Below are positions 24,710 through 39,249 of a stretch of 64,000 bases of DNA, in pieces. This stretch comes from Eledone cirrhosa (lineage: Eukaryota). The stretch lies in the NCBI GenBank assembly GCA_964016885.1, contig OZ024747.1, positions 66,092,001-66,156,000 on the forward strand. The letters are read 5' to 3'. Numbering within the stretch: the first letter of the stretch is position 1; each line of letters begins with the position of its first letter. Position numbers and translations under genes: made by a program. The notes under the pieces were generated by a model. It did not search any database, was not told where the DNA came from, and was given only the letters and a program-made list of their open reading frames with translations.

Positions 24710-27700
24710 AGTTGCATTTATCTTGCTTTATGTTCATACGAGTTATCACCAAGTCACAACCAGTGACCTCAAGAGACAACAAGGTCCGCCATGTTCAAGA
24801 AAGAACATACATATTCACACATGCATCTTTAGTGTTTAGACTTGTGATGTACTTATATTGACAGAATCTTCCTTAGTATATGGGCAGTTCCCATTAGCGC
24901 TATCTTTTGTATTTCTCCTATACGCGGGTTTCCTGGGATTTGCGATAAGTAATCATTAGACCCCTTAGGTATCATTCCCAGAGCGCCTACAACCACTGGT
25001 ATTGTTTTAGTTCTCAATTTCCACATTTTTCCAATTTCTATCTCCAGGTCCTTATACTTGCTCAATTTTTCAAATGTTTTTATAGATACATTCTTGTCTA
25101 TTGGAACAGACATATCAATTAGCAGGCATACCCTCTTTTGAAAGTCTTTCAATATTATATCAGGTCTGTTTGCATCTATTTTTCGGTCTGTTTGGATGCT
25201 AAAAGTTCCACAAGATTGAGATGTGATCTTTTTCAAGTATGGGAGGTGGTTGATGCTCCCACCAATTCTTTTGATGGGGCAGGTCAAAATGCTTAGACAT
25301 TATCCAATGTATGTATTGTGCAGCTCTGTCATGCCTGTTTAGGTATTCGGTTGGAGCTATAGAACTGCACATTGAAATTATATGGTCAATGGTCTCTGGT
25401 TGTTTTTTGCATACTCGTCATAATGGGCTGCACCCATTTTTTATTATGTTGGCTTGGTAATTTTTTGTTGGCAGACACTGATCTTGTGCCGATATAATCA
25501 GTCCTTCAGTCTCCGATTTCAGTCCAGAGGATGCCAACCACTGATGGGTTAAAGTTTTGTCAACATCAGGATTGTTAGCTCGCTCTGGGTATTTTCCATA
25601 CAGAGGCTTTTCTTGCCATTTCTTAGCCAGTTTCTGTAGCAGTTCTTTCTTTGCAGTTACTTTTACCTGCTTTGCTTTTTCTGTGTTTTCCATTTCAGCA
25701 GTAAATGGGACTTCTGAAATTTGTAGTCCATTACTGTATCTTTGTGCATCTTTTGTAATGGAATATGATCTTTTGATGCTTTCGTGTTTCAAAACGAGTT
25801 TGATCATCCAATCATGTGATTCCCTTAGATATGTAGATAATCCAATTGTTGCAGTTTTCAACGCAATGTCTAACTGGATTAACCCACGTCCTCCTTCTTT
25901 CCTAGGGAGATATATTCTATCTATATCTGCCTTAGGGTGATGCATTCTGTGCATGGTTAAGAATTTTCGAATTTTTGTATCGAGCCTACGGATCTCTGTG
26001 CTTGACCAGTTGATGACATTGTAACTGTAGGTTACTACTGGTATGGCAAGCGTGTTTATGGCATCGATCCTATTCCTTGCATTCAATTCCGTTCTTAAGA
26101 TTGCTCTTACTCTGCGGTAACATTCCTTCCTTATCCTTTCCCTCATTGTCGAGTGCTTGATTCCGTCTCCTTCACAACCACCTAGATATTTGTAAGTTTT
26201 TTCTTGATCAAGTTCTCTTATCACGTTCCCCCGATCAAGATTAATGTCTGAACTCTTCAGCAGCTTTCCTCTGGTGAACGTTGCTTTGGCGCATTTATCT
26301 AGTCCAAACTCCATTTTAATGTCATCACTGAACTGCTTCACAGTGGATAATAGCCCTTGCAATTGTTCATCATTTTTTGGAAATAGTTTCAGGTCATCCA
26401 TGTAGAACAGGTGATTAATGGTTTTGTCATAGACTTTATATCCATGTTTTGTTTCATTGAGCATTTTACTTAATGGTATAAGTGCGATGCAGAATAAAAG
26501 CGGTGATAAAATTAACCGTGAAAAATTCCACAATTAATATTAACTTCTCCAGCTTCCAGTGATTTTGTTTCACTATTCAAAAGGAGTGTCGTTTTCCATG
26601 TCTTCATACTGAATGACAAAAACCTCCTGACAACGGGGGATATTTTGAAAATCTCTAAACATTTTTCAATCCAACTGTGTGGCAAACTATCGAATGCTTT
26701 TTTATAATCTATCCAAGCAATCGATAGATTTTTGTGTCTATTATGACAATCTTCCAGTATCATTTTGTTAACCAGAAGCTGATCCTTACAGCCATATGAG
26801 CCTCGTTTACACCCTTTCTGCTCAGTGTGAAATAGGTCATTTGTTATCAGGTGGTCATATGTGTATTCAGTTAGGACTGATGTTAAAATTTTATACATTG
26901 TGGTCAAGCAGGTTATCGGTCTGTAATTTTTGGGATTGTTTGTCTCATCATTCTTCGGTAGCAGGAATGTAATGCCGTTAACTAGCCATGATGGTATCTT
27001 TTCTGGCTCCTTAACTATTTCATTGTAAAGTTGGGCTAAGAGCTCATGAGTCTCTGTGAAGGCATTTATCCAAAAGTTTTGTATTTTGTCTTTTCCTGGG
27101 GATTTCCATTTGCTGGTTTTTCTTAGAGCCAAGCGCAACTGTTCAACTGTTATATTTTCCCATGTTTGTTCTTCAAGGTGAGCTGTATCTTTCATTTGTC
27201 TGTCTATCCATGGGGCATGTATGTTATGAACTTTTTCTTCGGCCCAGATCTTTTCCCAGAATTCTTGCACTTCCTCCTTGGGTGGTATTGATTTAGCAGT
27301 TATTGTTAACTTACCAATTTTTCTGTAGAAGTTTCTTTGGTTGTTTTTGAACATATTATTGTCCTTATAGAATCTAGATCGTTTTTCAAAGCGCCTTATA
27401 CGAGCAGCTTTGGCCGACACTTTTTGCTTGATTGTTTCTATCAGCATGTCTATGTCACATGTTGATCTTATACTGTACTTTTTTTTCAATTTTCTAAGTT
27501 TAGTTTGTTTAACATGTTCACCTACTTTATAGTTTGTTAAAATTTCTATGTCAGATCGGAGAAGGTTTATTTGGCGATTGATGTTCTCTTGCCAAGTAGA
27601 TTTCTTGTGGGAATTCCTTTGTTTTTTCATCTTCACTCCACATAAGTGAGTGGTGACTTTAGCCGATGCATAATAGAGATGATTTAAATCAGTAATGTTT

Positions 27701-29411
27701 AGTTTGTTTGTGATGATAATGTTTTTGAGAATTATGTTAGTCTTGTGTATTATCTTTTGGTTCTGTTTGGAGTTCTGGATCTTAGGGAGGGTGTCTCGTT
27801 GCCCCATGTCAGATTCTTTCATTTTCATCCATTCGATCATAATTTCATCCTTCAAGTTGGCAAGTTCATTCTCATTCATTTCTTTATCATTTACGATCTC
27901 ATTATTTTCATTTGGAGTTTCATCCTGAGCATGCACTCCCTCCACTTTTTCGATCCTTTCTTTAATTTGTTCTGTTGCCAGTGATTCCGCCCCAACCCTG
28001 GGATTCGAAGTGTTACAGTTTACCTCGTTTTCACTGACACATGTTTCATTTTCCCTTCGCTGACTTTGTGCTAATAGCTTGATCTGATCGATTTCTATAT
28101 CAGTTAGTAACTTTTTTCTTACAATATTTCTTCGTATATTGGCTAGTTTGTTACTGTCAATATAGCCTCTGTTTTCGGGATGTTTCTTTTTCCAGTTGAT
28201 ATATGTCTGTTCTGTATTCGATGTATTTGATGGGTAGCACATGGCAGTGTAGAAAGCCTCAAGGACTTCTTTATTATCTTCCCTTGACCATTTTCTCTCT
28301 TTTTCTTTGGATTTCTTGGCCAACAGTAGGAGTATTCCGGTTATGGGAGGTCTCCAGCTCCGAAGTGATGGGAAGGTTTGAACCATTAGCTGATTTTTCG
28401 ACCCCAGTCTGGTTCCTCTCTGAGGGACGCGGCCCTTTTTTACCCGGGTGACGGCCGATCCGGTATGAGATTTTATCATTAGACATTTACTTTATTTTGT
28501 CGCGTTTTATCCTTATCCGCCAAGGGGTAAACATCTCGTGTTACCACTTCTAGAACGAGTGTCAACCAAGACTAGAGGGGTCGTTCTTCCCTAGAGACAC
28601 GGCTATTCCCCGCCGGCCGCCATCCCGGTATTTCTTGGTCACGGGGTTTTCTTTTTGTTGTTTTTTTAAATTGTTATTATCATGAGTGGTTCCTTAATGT
28701 GAGCATTGCGTGGCTTAAGAATGAAATTATTAATAATTGTCTCCACTCCAGGCACAAGGCCAGCAATCACCCAGTGCATTACAATAATATAATATACTTT
28801 TTGTTGTAGTTGGCTGTTATTGTTGTTGGCTATGTCGGTGGTGGTGCCGGGGCTTTTTATATTGTTGGTGAGGAAGGGGTGAGCCAGCAGTCCCATAGTT
28901 GTTGATGTTGACGTTTGGTGGCCAGGTCACTAAGTCAATCTATTTATATCTTTTGCTAGCCTCTCCCTTGTCTAGTGATACCGCCACCTTCCCCTTTCTC
29001 TCTCAAGTTAACAGGGGAATAGTGGTGGTAGCATTGAAGGAGTGGTGGCGGCGACGATGGGATAGTGGTAGCAATGATTGATGGGGTGGGGTGGTGGCAG
29101 CGGTGACAGTGGTGGTGGTGATGTCGATACCGAGGCAGTGGTGGTGGTGATGTGATCGTATTACTGTAGTGATGGTGTTGTAGCGGTGGTAGCAATGAAG
29201 GAGTGGTGGCGGCGGTGATGGGATAGTGGTGTTAATGATGGCAGTAGTGAGTGGTGGTGGTGAAATTGCCGTTATCTGGCTGTTGTGTTTAGTGTACACA
29301 GAGAGATGATGGGGTAGGTGTTGTATCTAGTTTCTGGTGTTGGTGAGATTGGTGTTGTTTGGCTGTTCTATATAGCGTAGACAGAGGAGGGGGGGTTCTT
29401 CTTCCATTTAT
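24709..29411 (-). mobile_element. R4/Dong-like family B, near full length, frameshifted (ORF region 24853-28486)
   Basis: KSPGKD, NYRPITCL, EQKGC, WIDYKKAFDS, YMDDLKL, YKYLG and RLE motifs across four ORF pieces. Confidence 0.92.
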
Positions 29412-29554
29412 AGGGAAATCAGGAAACTATGGAGAATCAGACACCGAGAAGTGGTATTGATTGTGGTTGGCGCACTGGGAGCAGTTAGTACAAGGTTGGA
29501 TACATGGCTTGAGAAGCTAGGAATTACCATCAGGACAGGATTGTTGAGGAAAAC
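29412..29554 (+). mobile_element. Fragment of another R4-like family (D), RLE C-terminus
   Basis: Translates REIRKLWRIRHREVVLIVVGALGAVSTRLDTWLEKLGITIRTGLLRKT; inverted copy at 32013-32191. Confidence 0.7.
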
Positions 29555-29602
29555 ATTATTATAAACAATTATTATTATTATTATTATTATTATTATTGTT
29601 AT

Positions 29603-31598
<1,996 letters not shown>

Positions 31599-32012
31599 TA
31601 TTGTTATTATTATTTCATATATATCGTAATGTTTTCTCGTTTTCTGTCTTTTAGGTTGCTGACGAAATGTTCCCTAGCTATGGATTGATTGAAAAGTTCG
31701 GCTTTTGATCTATTGATCTTACGCGTTTTACCGTTTCCATAGAGAAAGATAAGAAAGGGCAACTACTGGAATAGAACTTAATAATTACAATGCCTTTCTA
31801 GTAAACCGGAAACGACTAAATTTCTGGAATTTATGAAAAGAATTAGAAATAGCAAAATGGCGTACATTGCATAAACGGATCGTTCTGACAATATTACTCG
31901 TAACACTTTTACTGTGGCAGCTATTATACCGACACTATACCAAAGGAGCGAGTCATAGCCAATGGCCAAAGGGTCATTTCTTCTTTTTCAACTTTCTAAC
32001 GCCCTTCTTAGA

Positions 32013-32191
32013 GTTTTCCTCAACAATCCTGTCCTGATGGTAATTCCTAACTTCTCAAGCCATGTATCCAACCTTGTACTAACTGCTCCCAGTGCGCCAA
32101 CCACAATCAATACCACTTCTCGGTATCTGATTCTCCATAGTTTCCTGATTTCCCTCTTCAGCTTCTGATATTTATCAACTTTTTCACTTTC
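32013..32191 (-). mobile_element. Family D fragment abutting (CTA)n
   Basis: Reverse complement of 29412-29554, extended by ESEKVDKYQKLK. Confidence 0.7.
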
Positions 32192-32214
32192 CCTACTACT
32201 ACTACTACTACTAT

Positions 32215-32245
<31 letters not shown>

Positions 32246-32291
32246 GCTGCTGCGGCTGCGGCTGCTGCTGCTGCTGCTACTGCTGCTGCTG

Positions 32292-32338
<47 letters not shown>

Positions 32339-32656
32339 GCTACTACTACTACTACTACTACTGTTTCTATTTCAAAATTCGCTTTTGAAATTCTTCTGTC
32401 TACGCCATTGGTTGTGTCGATACCAACAAGAATAACAACAACAACATTGCCTTCAACAGAAAGGACAATACTATAAAAAGAGCGCCAACAATAACAACGC
32501 CAACAATAACAACAATAACAGCAACAACAAAAACAGCAGCAACAACAATAAATAAAAAGGAACAATCAACAGCAACGTCGTGTGATTATGATGGTGATGA
32601 TGATGATGACGACTGTAAAGATGACAAAACTAACCATGATATCCTCCGGATAATTA

Positions 32657-32738
<82 letters not shown>

Positions 32739-32760
32739 TGTTGTTGTTTGTTGTTGTAAC
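32192..32760. repeat. Trinucleotide microsatellite cluster (CTA)n/(CTG)n/(CAA)n/(TAG)n
   Basis: Directly visible. Confidence 0.9.
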
Positions 32761-32790
32761 TGCCGCAACAATAATGATGTCTGATTTAGT

Positions 32791-32870
32791 CACAAGGCCA
32801 GCAATTTAGTGGGTAAGGGAATATTGACTATATGGACCCCAGTGCATAACTGGTACTATATTTTATCGAC
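32791..32870 (-). mobile_element. SINE S1 3' fragment
   Basis: cacaaggccagcaattt...gaccccagtgcataactggtact..ttttatcgac. Confidence 0.65.
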
Positions 32871-33337
32871 AACGAGACATGAACTCAGAAAGAGCAATAA
32901 AATGATAAATTTATGAAATAATAACATTCTTAAATCTAACTATAATTATACTAATTACTAATTGTAATTATATCTCTTGAATAACAAACAAAATAACAAT
33001 AATTATGACTTAGAATAATAAGTTCTTTTGAATGTGAGTTGATCTGTGAATTACTTCATACTCCGAGTTTGTAATATTGATATATTTTCTTTGAACCTTC
33101 TATTAACTCTATACTACCTGTTTTAACATTATATTCATAATACTAAGTCAAATCTCTATCTCTTTTTTCTCTCTCTCTCTCACCTTCTTCCCCCTTCTCT
33201 CTCCCACTAGTTCCCCCTTGCTCTCTTCCTCTCACTAAAACTCACTCTAATTTTTCATTCATACATTTGCATTTGATACAATTTTCCCTTCTCAATCATC
33301 CCCACTTCCCCCTCTCTCTCTGTCTCTCCATCTCTTC

Positions 33338-33389
<52 letters not shown>

Positions 33390-33431
33390 GTCTATTTATC
33401 ATCCCTCTCCCTCATTATCCATCCATACATA

Positions 33432-33502
<71 letters not shown>

Positions 33503-33710
33503 ATACATACACACATGAATACATATATAGACGTACACATAGATTATTGTTTACATTTCAGTATGACTAGAACAACAATAGTGTAAAACAAACAAAAAAG
33601 AGTAAAACAGCATACATCAAGCACATAAATTGGCAAAAGAAAAAAACAAACAAACTATTTTTTAATAAAACGGGAAGGAACTGTCTACAACTGACAGGCA
33701 TAACGTCAAA

Positions 33711-34159
33711 ATGGTATATTACTATGTTTACAACGATTCCAACGAAGACGCCGGCTTGAAATTCCGGGATTATACAGGACTGGATGACACTGAAGACATT
33801 GACAGAATATATTACCCAGGTAAAATTGAGGATCTACGGAAGCCTTGGATACAAGAGCCCCATTTCATCCTCACAGCTATTGTTTATACCGCATGCTTTA
33901 TAGTCGGACTACTTGGGAACGGTATGGTAGTGTTTGCTATGTGCGCAGATCGGAAGAACCGAAGTGTTACTACTTCCTTTTTAGTCAGTCTTGCACTGGC
34001 TGATTTACTCTTCTTGTTGGTCTGTGTGCCGTACGAAGTAACCAAAAGCTCTGTCGCTCATTGGTCCACTGGAATTATTTTATGCAAATTTACTGGATTC
34101 ATCGAAATGTTAACGGCAGTCGGATCGATTTTCAACCTTACAGCAGTCAGTATTGAACG
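33711..34159 (+). CDS. First coding exon (N-terminus to TM3) of a class A rhodopsin-like GPCR, probably a neuropeptide receptor
   Basis: NDS sequon, TM1 GLLGNGMV, TM2 FLVSLALADLLF..CVP, ECL1 W..G..LCK, TM3 ending SIER. Donor CG|GTAAGC is a phase-2 intron in the Arg of E/DRY. Ligand class cannot be fixed by eye. Confidence 0.92.
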
Positions 34160-34201
34160 GTAAGCAATCGTGTTTGATATTATTTTTGTTAATGCGCTTG
34201 G

Positions 34202-34330
<129 letters not shown>

Positions 34331-34567
34331 TTTTTGCTCTGCTTATAATACGATTGTTAAACTATCTCTATTCCCATCTAATCGCATGGCTCGCTAGTCT
34401 CGCAATCCATATGCACTGAGCACACTAACCTTCCCTCTACTGGCTTGTAATCTGCATAACTAATCACTCCTCTCTCCTCCTGATTAGCGTACTTGCTTTT
34501 TACTCTGTATATATATATATATATAGATGAGATTCTACAGGACTAGAACTGTTTCATTCTTGACTTA

Positions 34568-34598
<31 letters not shown>

Positions 34599-34603
<5 letters not shown>

Positions 34604-34993
34604 TAAACGGAATAGAAAATGCTGAAAAATTGTTCACAGTTGAAAAATGGTTTAATTAGGAATAAAAGAGTATTAGTGATTGTATGGGTTAGTATTCAGT
34701 TGTGGTTTTAAGTTTTTAAGTTTTTACCGGTTGCGCATTTCTAAATGCTTTTCAAAAATAATTTTGAGATAGAGTGTCCCGTGCTGTTTGTTCAGATCAG
34801 AGCAAACAGCACGGACACTCTATCTCAAAATTATTTTTGAAAAGCATTTAGAAATGCGCAACCGGTAAAAACTTAAAAACTTAAAACCACAACTGAATAC
34901 TAACCCATACAATCACTAATACTCTTTTATTCCTAATTAAACCATTTTTCAACTGTGAACAATTTGTCAGCATTTTCTATTCCGTTTACCAAT
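34599..34993. repeat. ~395 bp near-perfect palindrome in (TA)n with hammerhead-like variant H8 (34834-34870 +, mirror ~34722-34758 -)
   Basis: Arms attggtaaacggaatag.../...ctattccgtttaccaat. Motif ttt-TTGAAAA-GCATTT ag AAATGC-GCAA-CCGG-TA-aaa. Confidence 0.8.
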
Positions 34994-35289
34994 ATATAAT
35001 AACTTGTGTGTTACACCTCTATTCTTTTAACTATATATATATAAAATACCATGGTACTTAAAACATTTAAACATTATCTGAATGAGCACACAAGCACACA
35101 ATACTTTGAATTATATTTTCTGGGTTAAGAATTGGCAGTGATTTCGATGTTCCAGCTATATCGCCTCATCATATATATGTATATATATATCAATGTGGAG
35201 AGGCAAACCAGATTATGGAGAATTTCCTAGTATACTCCAGAACTGAGTGGGGAGGTGCAAATCTGTTATATGACCATCATGCTTGTTAT

Positions 35290-35592
35290 ATGACCACCAA
35301 GTGGTGCCCAATGGCATACATCAAGATCCAGTATGAAATGGTTGAAAGAATAAAATAAAACTTATAGAACGGCCGAGAAGCAGCCAAGACATTTATCCAA
35401 AAGAAAATGTATGGTCAAAACACAAGAGACTAGTATTGATTTTAGATTCGAACAATAAAACTGAATTGAAGCCATTCACCAAAGTCTGGTTTGCAAATGT
35501 AAATTCTGGACACTTGAACAATGTTATTACTTCCACGCCAAGAAGTATTGATATGGTTCTTAAGAGAAAATGGTTAGCTCACTAAATACTAA
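35290..35592 (+). pseudogene. Decayed Tc1-like transposase C-terminus
   Basis: Reads KIKLIERPRSSQDIYPKENVW (cf. WPxxSPDLNPIENxW), then ..TSTPRSIDMVLKRK.. and TKY*. Confidence 0.6.
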
Positions 35593-35843
35593 TATAATCT
35601 GTCAGAGAGCAAATTAAATAAAATGTTTGGTTTTACATGTTGTTTCACATATAGCTCTAGTTTATATTGTTTTAGTGTATTTAAATTTCAAAATTGTCAT
35701 CTTGATAGTTGAAGAAGAATTTACTAGATCTTACATAACAATATATATATATATTGTTATGTTAACTATATCAATTCTTCTTAACGTGGAAGTAATACAC
35801 ACACACATACACACACAGATATATACAGTATGTACATACATAC

Positions 35844-36002
35844 AGGCAAATTGCCAGAGTCGTTTAGACGTCGGATAGAATGCTGTACGGTATTCGTTCC
35901 ACCTCATTGTGTACTCTGAGTTCAAATCCCGCCGTGGTCAACTTTGCTTCACATCCTTTTGAGGTCGATAAAAAAAAGTAACAGTCCAGTACTGGGGTCA
36001 AT
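35844..36002 (+). mobile_element. SINE related to S1 (variant)
   Basis: tgccagagtcgttagacgtcgga (A box), gagttcaaatcccgcc (B box), gaggtcgataaaa..ccagtactggggtc. Confidence 0.65.
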
Positions 36003-36204
36003 TCTTCCTCTTTAGAAAAATAGGCTGTGTTCAGACCTGGAGAGGGTTGGCCTCCACCAGGTTTAAAAGTGCCTCTATGACATATCAACACTAGTGTACC
36101 ATTATCTTGTAAACCATAGTTCTTTTCTATTGCAACTTCTCTCTTCCTTTCATTAAATATATACGTACATACATATTTACATAGATATGTACATACATAC
36201 ACAC

Positions 36205-36582
36205 GATCTGTCTGAGCATTGCATCTATTAGGTGTGTAGATATAAGATTTATTTCCATGTTTTCTATTGAACCGCCATGCTCAAGTTTGGCGTGCTGGTA
36301 GATCGCTGATGAGCATATCTCATCTTAGTGTTCTCACCATTACTCATTCACCCTTTATCCTATACTGTGAGCCGTTTCAATTAGATATGCTGTAGCCTAT
36401 TATTACAAAATAAAAACCTAGTCATTGAGGAGGTCACAGAATGTGTGACGAAAGAGCTTTGGCAATATATAAACAACCTTCCGGTTATCGAACCAACCAA
36501 CTAACCAACCAGAAAATTATAATTCATTGAAGTGAAATCCAACAGGTGCGTGTGTTTTTATTGGCAACATGAGCCCTCCAAT
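36205..36582. mobile_element. Rearranged PLE: inverted GIY-YIG fragment (36205-36330, -) plus pseudo-LTR with hammerhead H7 (36421-36463, +)
   Basis: Minus strand SSAIYQHAKLEHGG..IST..DAMLRQI matches 44790-44900. Plus strand GTCA-TTGAGGA-gGTCACA gaatg TGTGAC-GAAAGAGCTT-TGGC. Confidence 0.65.
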
Positions 36583-37122
36583 ATATATATATATATTCGC
36601 AACAATGTAGCACGCCATTTTTCATTCACATATATTTTTTCCCTTCGCTGTGGTTCGTATTTTTTCTGTCACCTTACTGCTATCCACTTTTTCTCTCTCT
36701 CCATTCTCTCTCCTTCACCTCTTGCTTTCCTCCACTCCCGCTGCTAGTCACTCACTCTCGGCTGGCCCCTTCCTCACACTTTCACTCACTCACTCTCTGC
36801 TACTCCTCTTCTCTCACTTCCTCCCGTCTGACCTGCTTGAATTTCTTTCCTCTCTCAATCTTCTCGTGGCTCGGACGCGTATATTTCTTCTCGTCATTTG
36901 ATTTGTCGGATTTAAGCCCGCAAGATTCATTGACTTGTCTCTCTTTTCCTCTCTTTACGTTGCATTACTACCATGTTGTTTGTTTCCTTTCCTCTGTTTT
37001 CCGCTGTCCCGATAACTTAATTTAGTTATCGCTCGCACTGATTTTAGGTATCCAGTCTTTAATGCGAAGAAATACCAACGATAATCAGCAGACTACTGAT
37101 GAAGGACATTCTTGTTTCTTGG

Positions 37123-37170
<48 letters not shown>

Positions 37171-37244
37171 TAGGTAGATATTTAGATAGATGGATAGTTA
37201 GATCGATTGATAGATGGATAGATATATATAGATCGATAGATATC

Positions 37245-39056
37245 TTTCTTTATTTGCCACAGGGCGTACACAAATGGGAAATTACAAGACGCGACGGCGG
37301 GGGTTTTACATAAAAATAATTTTAACATTAATAAATAACAATAAACTATATATAATAAAATAACAATTGAAAACCCCAATAGGGGGGAACGTTACTGCAG
37401 GGTTGTTTTACACCCCGTGGATAGAACAACCCTCAACACCAGGAACACGTTTTGTAGGTGTTCCTGTCTTCCCTCTGTTTATCTTCCTCAACTTACAGGT
37501 TTATATACAGAGAAGGCCCATTCACTCGGGCCATTTTCGCCACATTCACCCACCTTTCAGCGAATTTACTGGGGTGTAGCACCTCTCTCTCCACTCTCAC
37601 CTTCCTTCTGAAGTGATACTTAAAGAAGGGGATAAGTTGTTGTCCGGAGAGAAAGGTATTTGTCCTCAGTCCTTTTAACCTCGTCCACCATATTACCTCT
37701 TTCGCCATAGCCACCAGACAGAGGAAAACCGCCTCTCCTTCGTTCTTAAATGAAGGCGGCGGGGTGATCCTCACGATGGACTCGGCTGACAACTGGATGC
37801 GTCCCACACATGACAGCAGCTGTTCGACATAATTCCACAAGTCGGTCACCCCTGGGCACTGAACAATTGCGTGCAGAACGGTTTCGATGTCCTGCTCGCA
37901 TCTTGGACAGGTCCTTTTGTCAGGATCTCTGCCAGGGCGTCCTTGCCTGTAGATTTTGTCTCGAAATAGTAGAGCTCCTCGGTAGCACTGCCAGGCCAGA
38001 GACCTCTGGAAGTTATCCATAGGCCCTGGACGGAAAGTCCTCCCGAACAGACTGGTCAGTTCGTCCTCCTCGATGCCTTGAGTTTCCCCGAGAACGTCGT
38101 CGCACTTATCCTTCACTATTCCTCTATAGAATGTCGAAGTAGAGTCTCCGCTGATTGCCGTTTCCGCTGAGTAGAGGGCTGTGAGCGCCTGTTGGCAATC
38201 GAGGTGCCAGGCACCCATTTTCGGTCTTCGCTTGACCCAGGACTGCAGCTCTGTTAGTGAGACGAGTTGTGGAAGAGCTTGTCTCACAAAAGACAGCCAC
38301 ACCGGTTCACCGGTCAGGAATACCTGGAGATGGCGTAGCCTCAGCGCATGTTTGCGCATCATCAGCCACGGCATGCCCAGCCCTCCGTTAGAAGGGTGTT
38401 GACAGCAGATGGATCTCCTCGCCAATGGAGCCTGTTTCTTCCAGAGGAACCTGAAGAGTAGGCGTTCCATTTTGGTAAGGTATTCGCGGGGGCAAGGTAC
38501 GACTGTCAAGCGGTAGTAGATGACGGACGCTATGTAAGTGTTCGCCACCTCCGCTCGACCTTTCAAGGAGAGTTTGCACTCAGCCCACTTCTGGGTGAGT
38601 GCAAACACCTTCGCCGTGACCTCGTTCCAGTTCTTGTCCACCTGGAGGTCTGGACCGAAGCAGACTTTGAGCAATTTCACCGGTCCTTCCGTCCAGCGTC
38701 CAACGACACTGTCGGAAGGCATGGGTTTGCCTCTCCATGTGCCGAGTTGCAAACCGACAGGCTTGTTTGGGTTTAGTCTTGCTCCTGTCAACGTTTCGTA
38801 TACCTGTAATAGGTTGCCGATTACGCAGATTTCCGAGGTTTTCGCACCATCACGGTTATATCGTCGGCATAGGCTGATGCTGCTTTCCGCAGTCCTGGTT
38901 CGATCGGGATGCCCCGCAACAGCTCCAATTTCCGCAGTAACGGCTCGAGAGTCAGTACATACAGAATGGAGGAGAGAGGGCATCCCTGACGGATGGAACG
39001 CATGATTTGGAATGTCTCTGATAGGTAGCCATTCAGCTTGACTGCCGATCAGATGC
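37245..39056 (-). mobile_element. Second Tx1/L1-clade family, 5'-truncated
   Basis: RQGCPLS and YADD (ORF 38821-39003); ORF 37493-38983 is collinear with 23200-24406; CPRC..HAIVQC. 3' end aataaagaaag joins (ATCT)n-like repeats. Confidence 0.88.
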
Positions 39057-39083
39057 TCTCTCCTCTCTCTCTCTGTTTGTCTG

Positions 39084-39133
<50 letters not shown>

Positions 39134-39249
39134 TCTCTCTCACTCTCTCTCTCTCACTCTCTCTCTCTCACTGTTTGTCTCAGACATGCCGTTTTGTCAT
39201 TAAAAAAATAATATATTCATGTGTGTAAGTATGTATGTATGTATGTATG

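Noticed and set aside
36300-36330. Canonical CTGATGA on the plus strand
   Set aside because: No matching GAAA or stems; it is the antisense of GIY-YIG coding sequence.
37092-37130. acta-CTGATGA-aggac possible hammerhead
   Set aside because: Truncated by (TA)n before any GAAA or stem III; cannot be supported.
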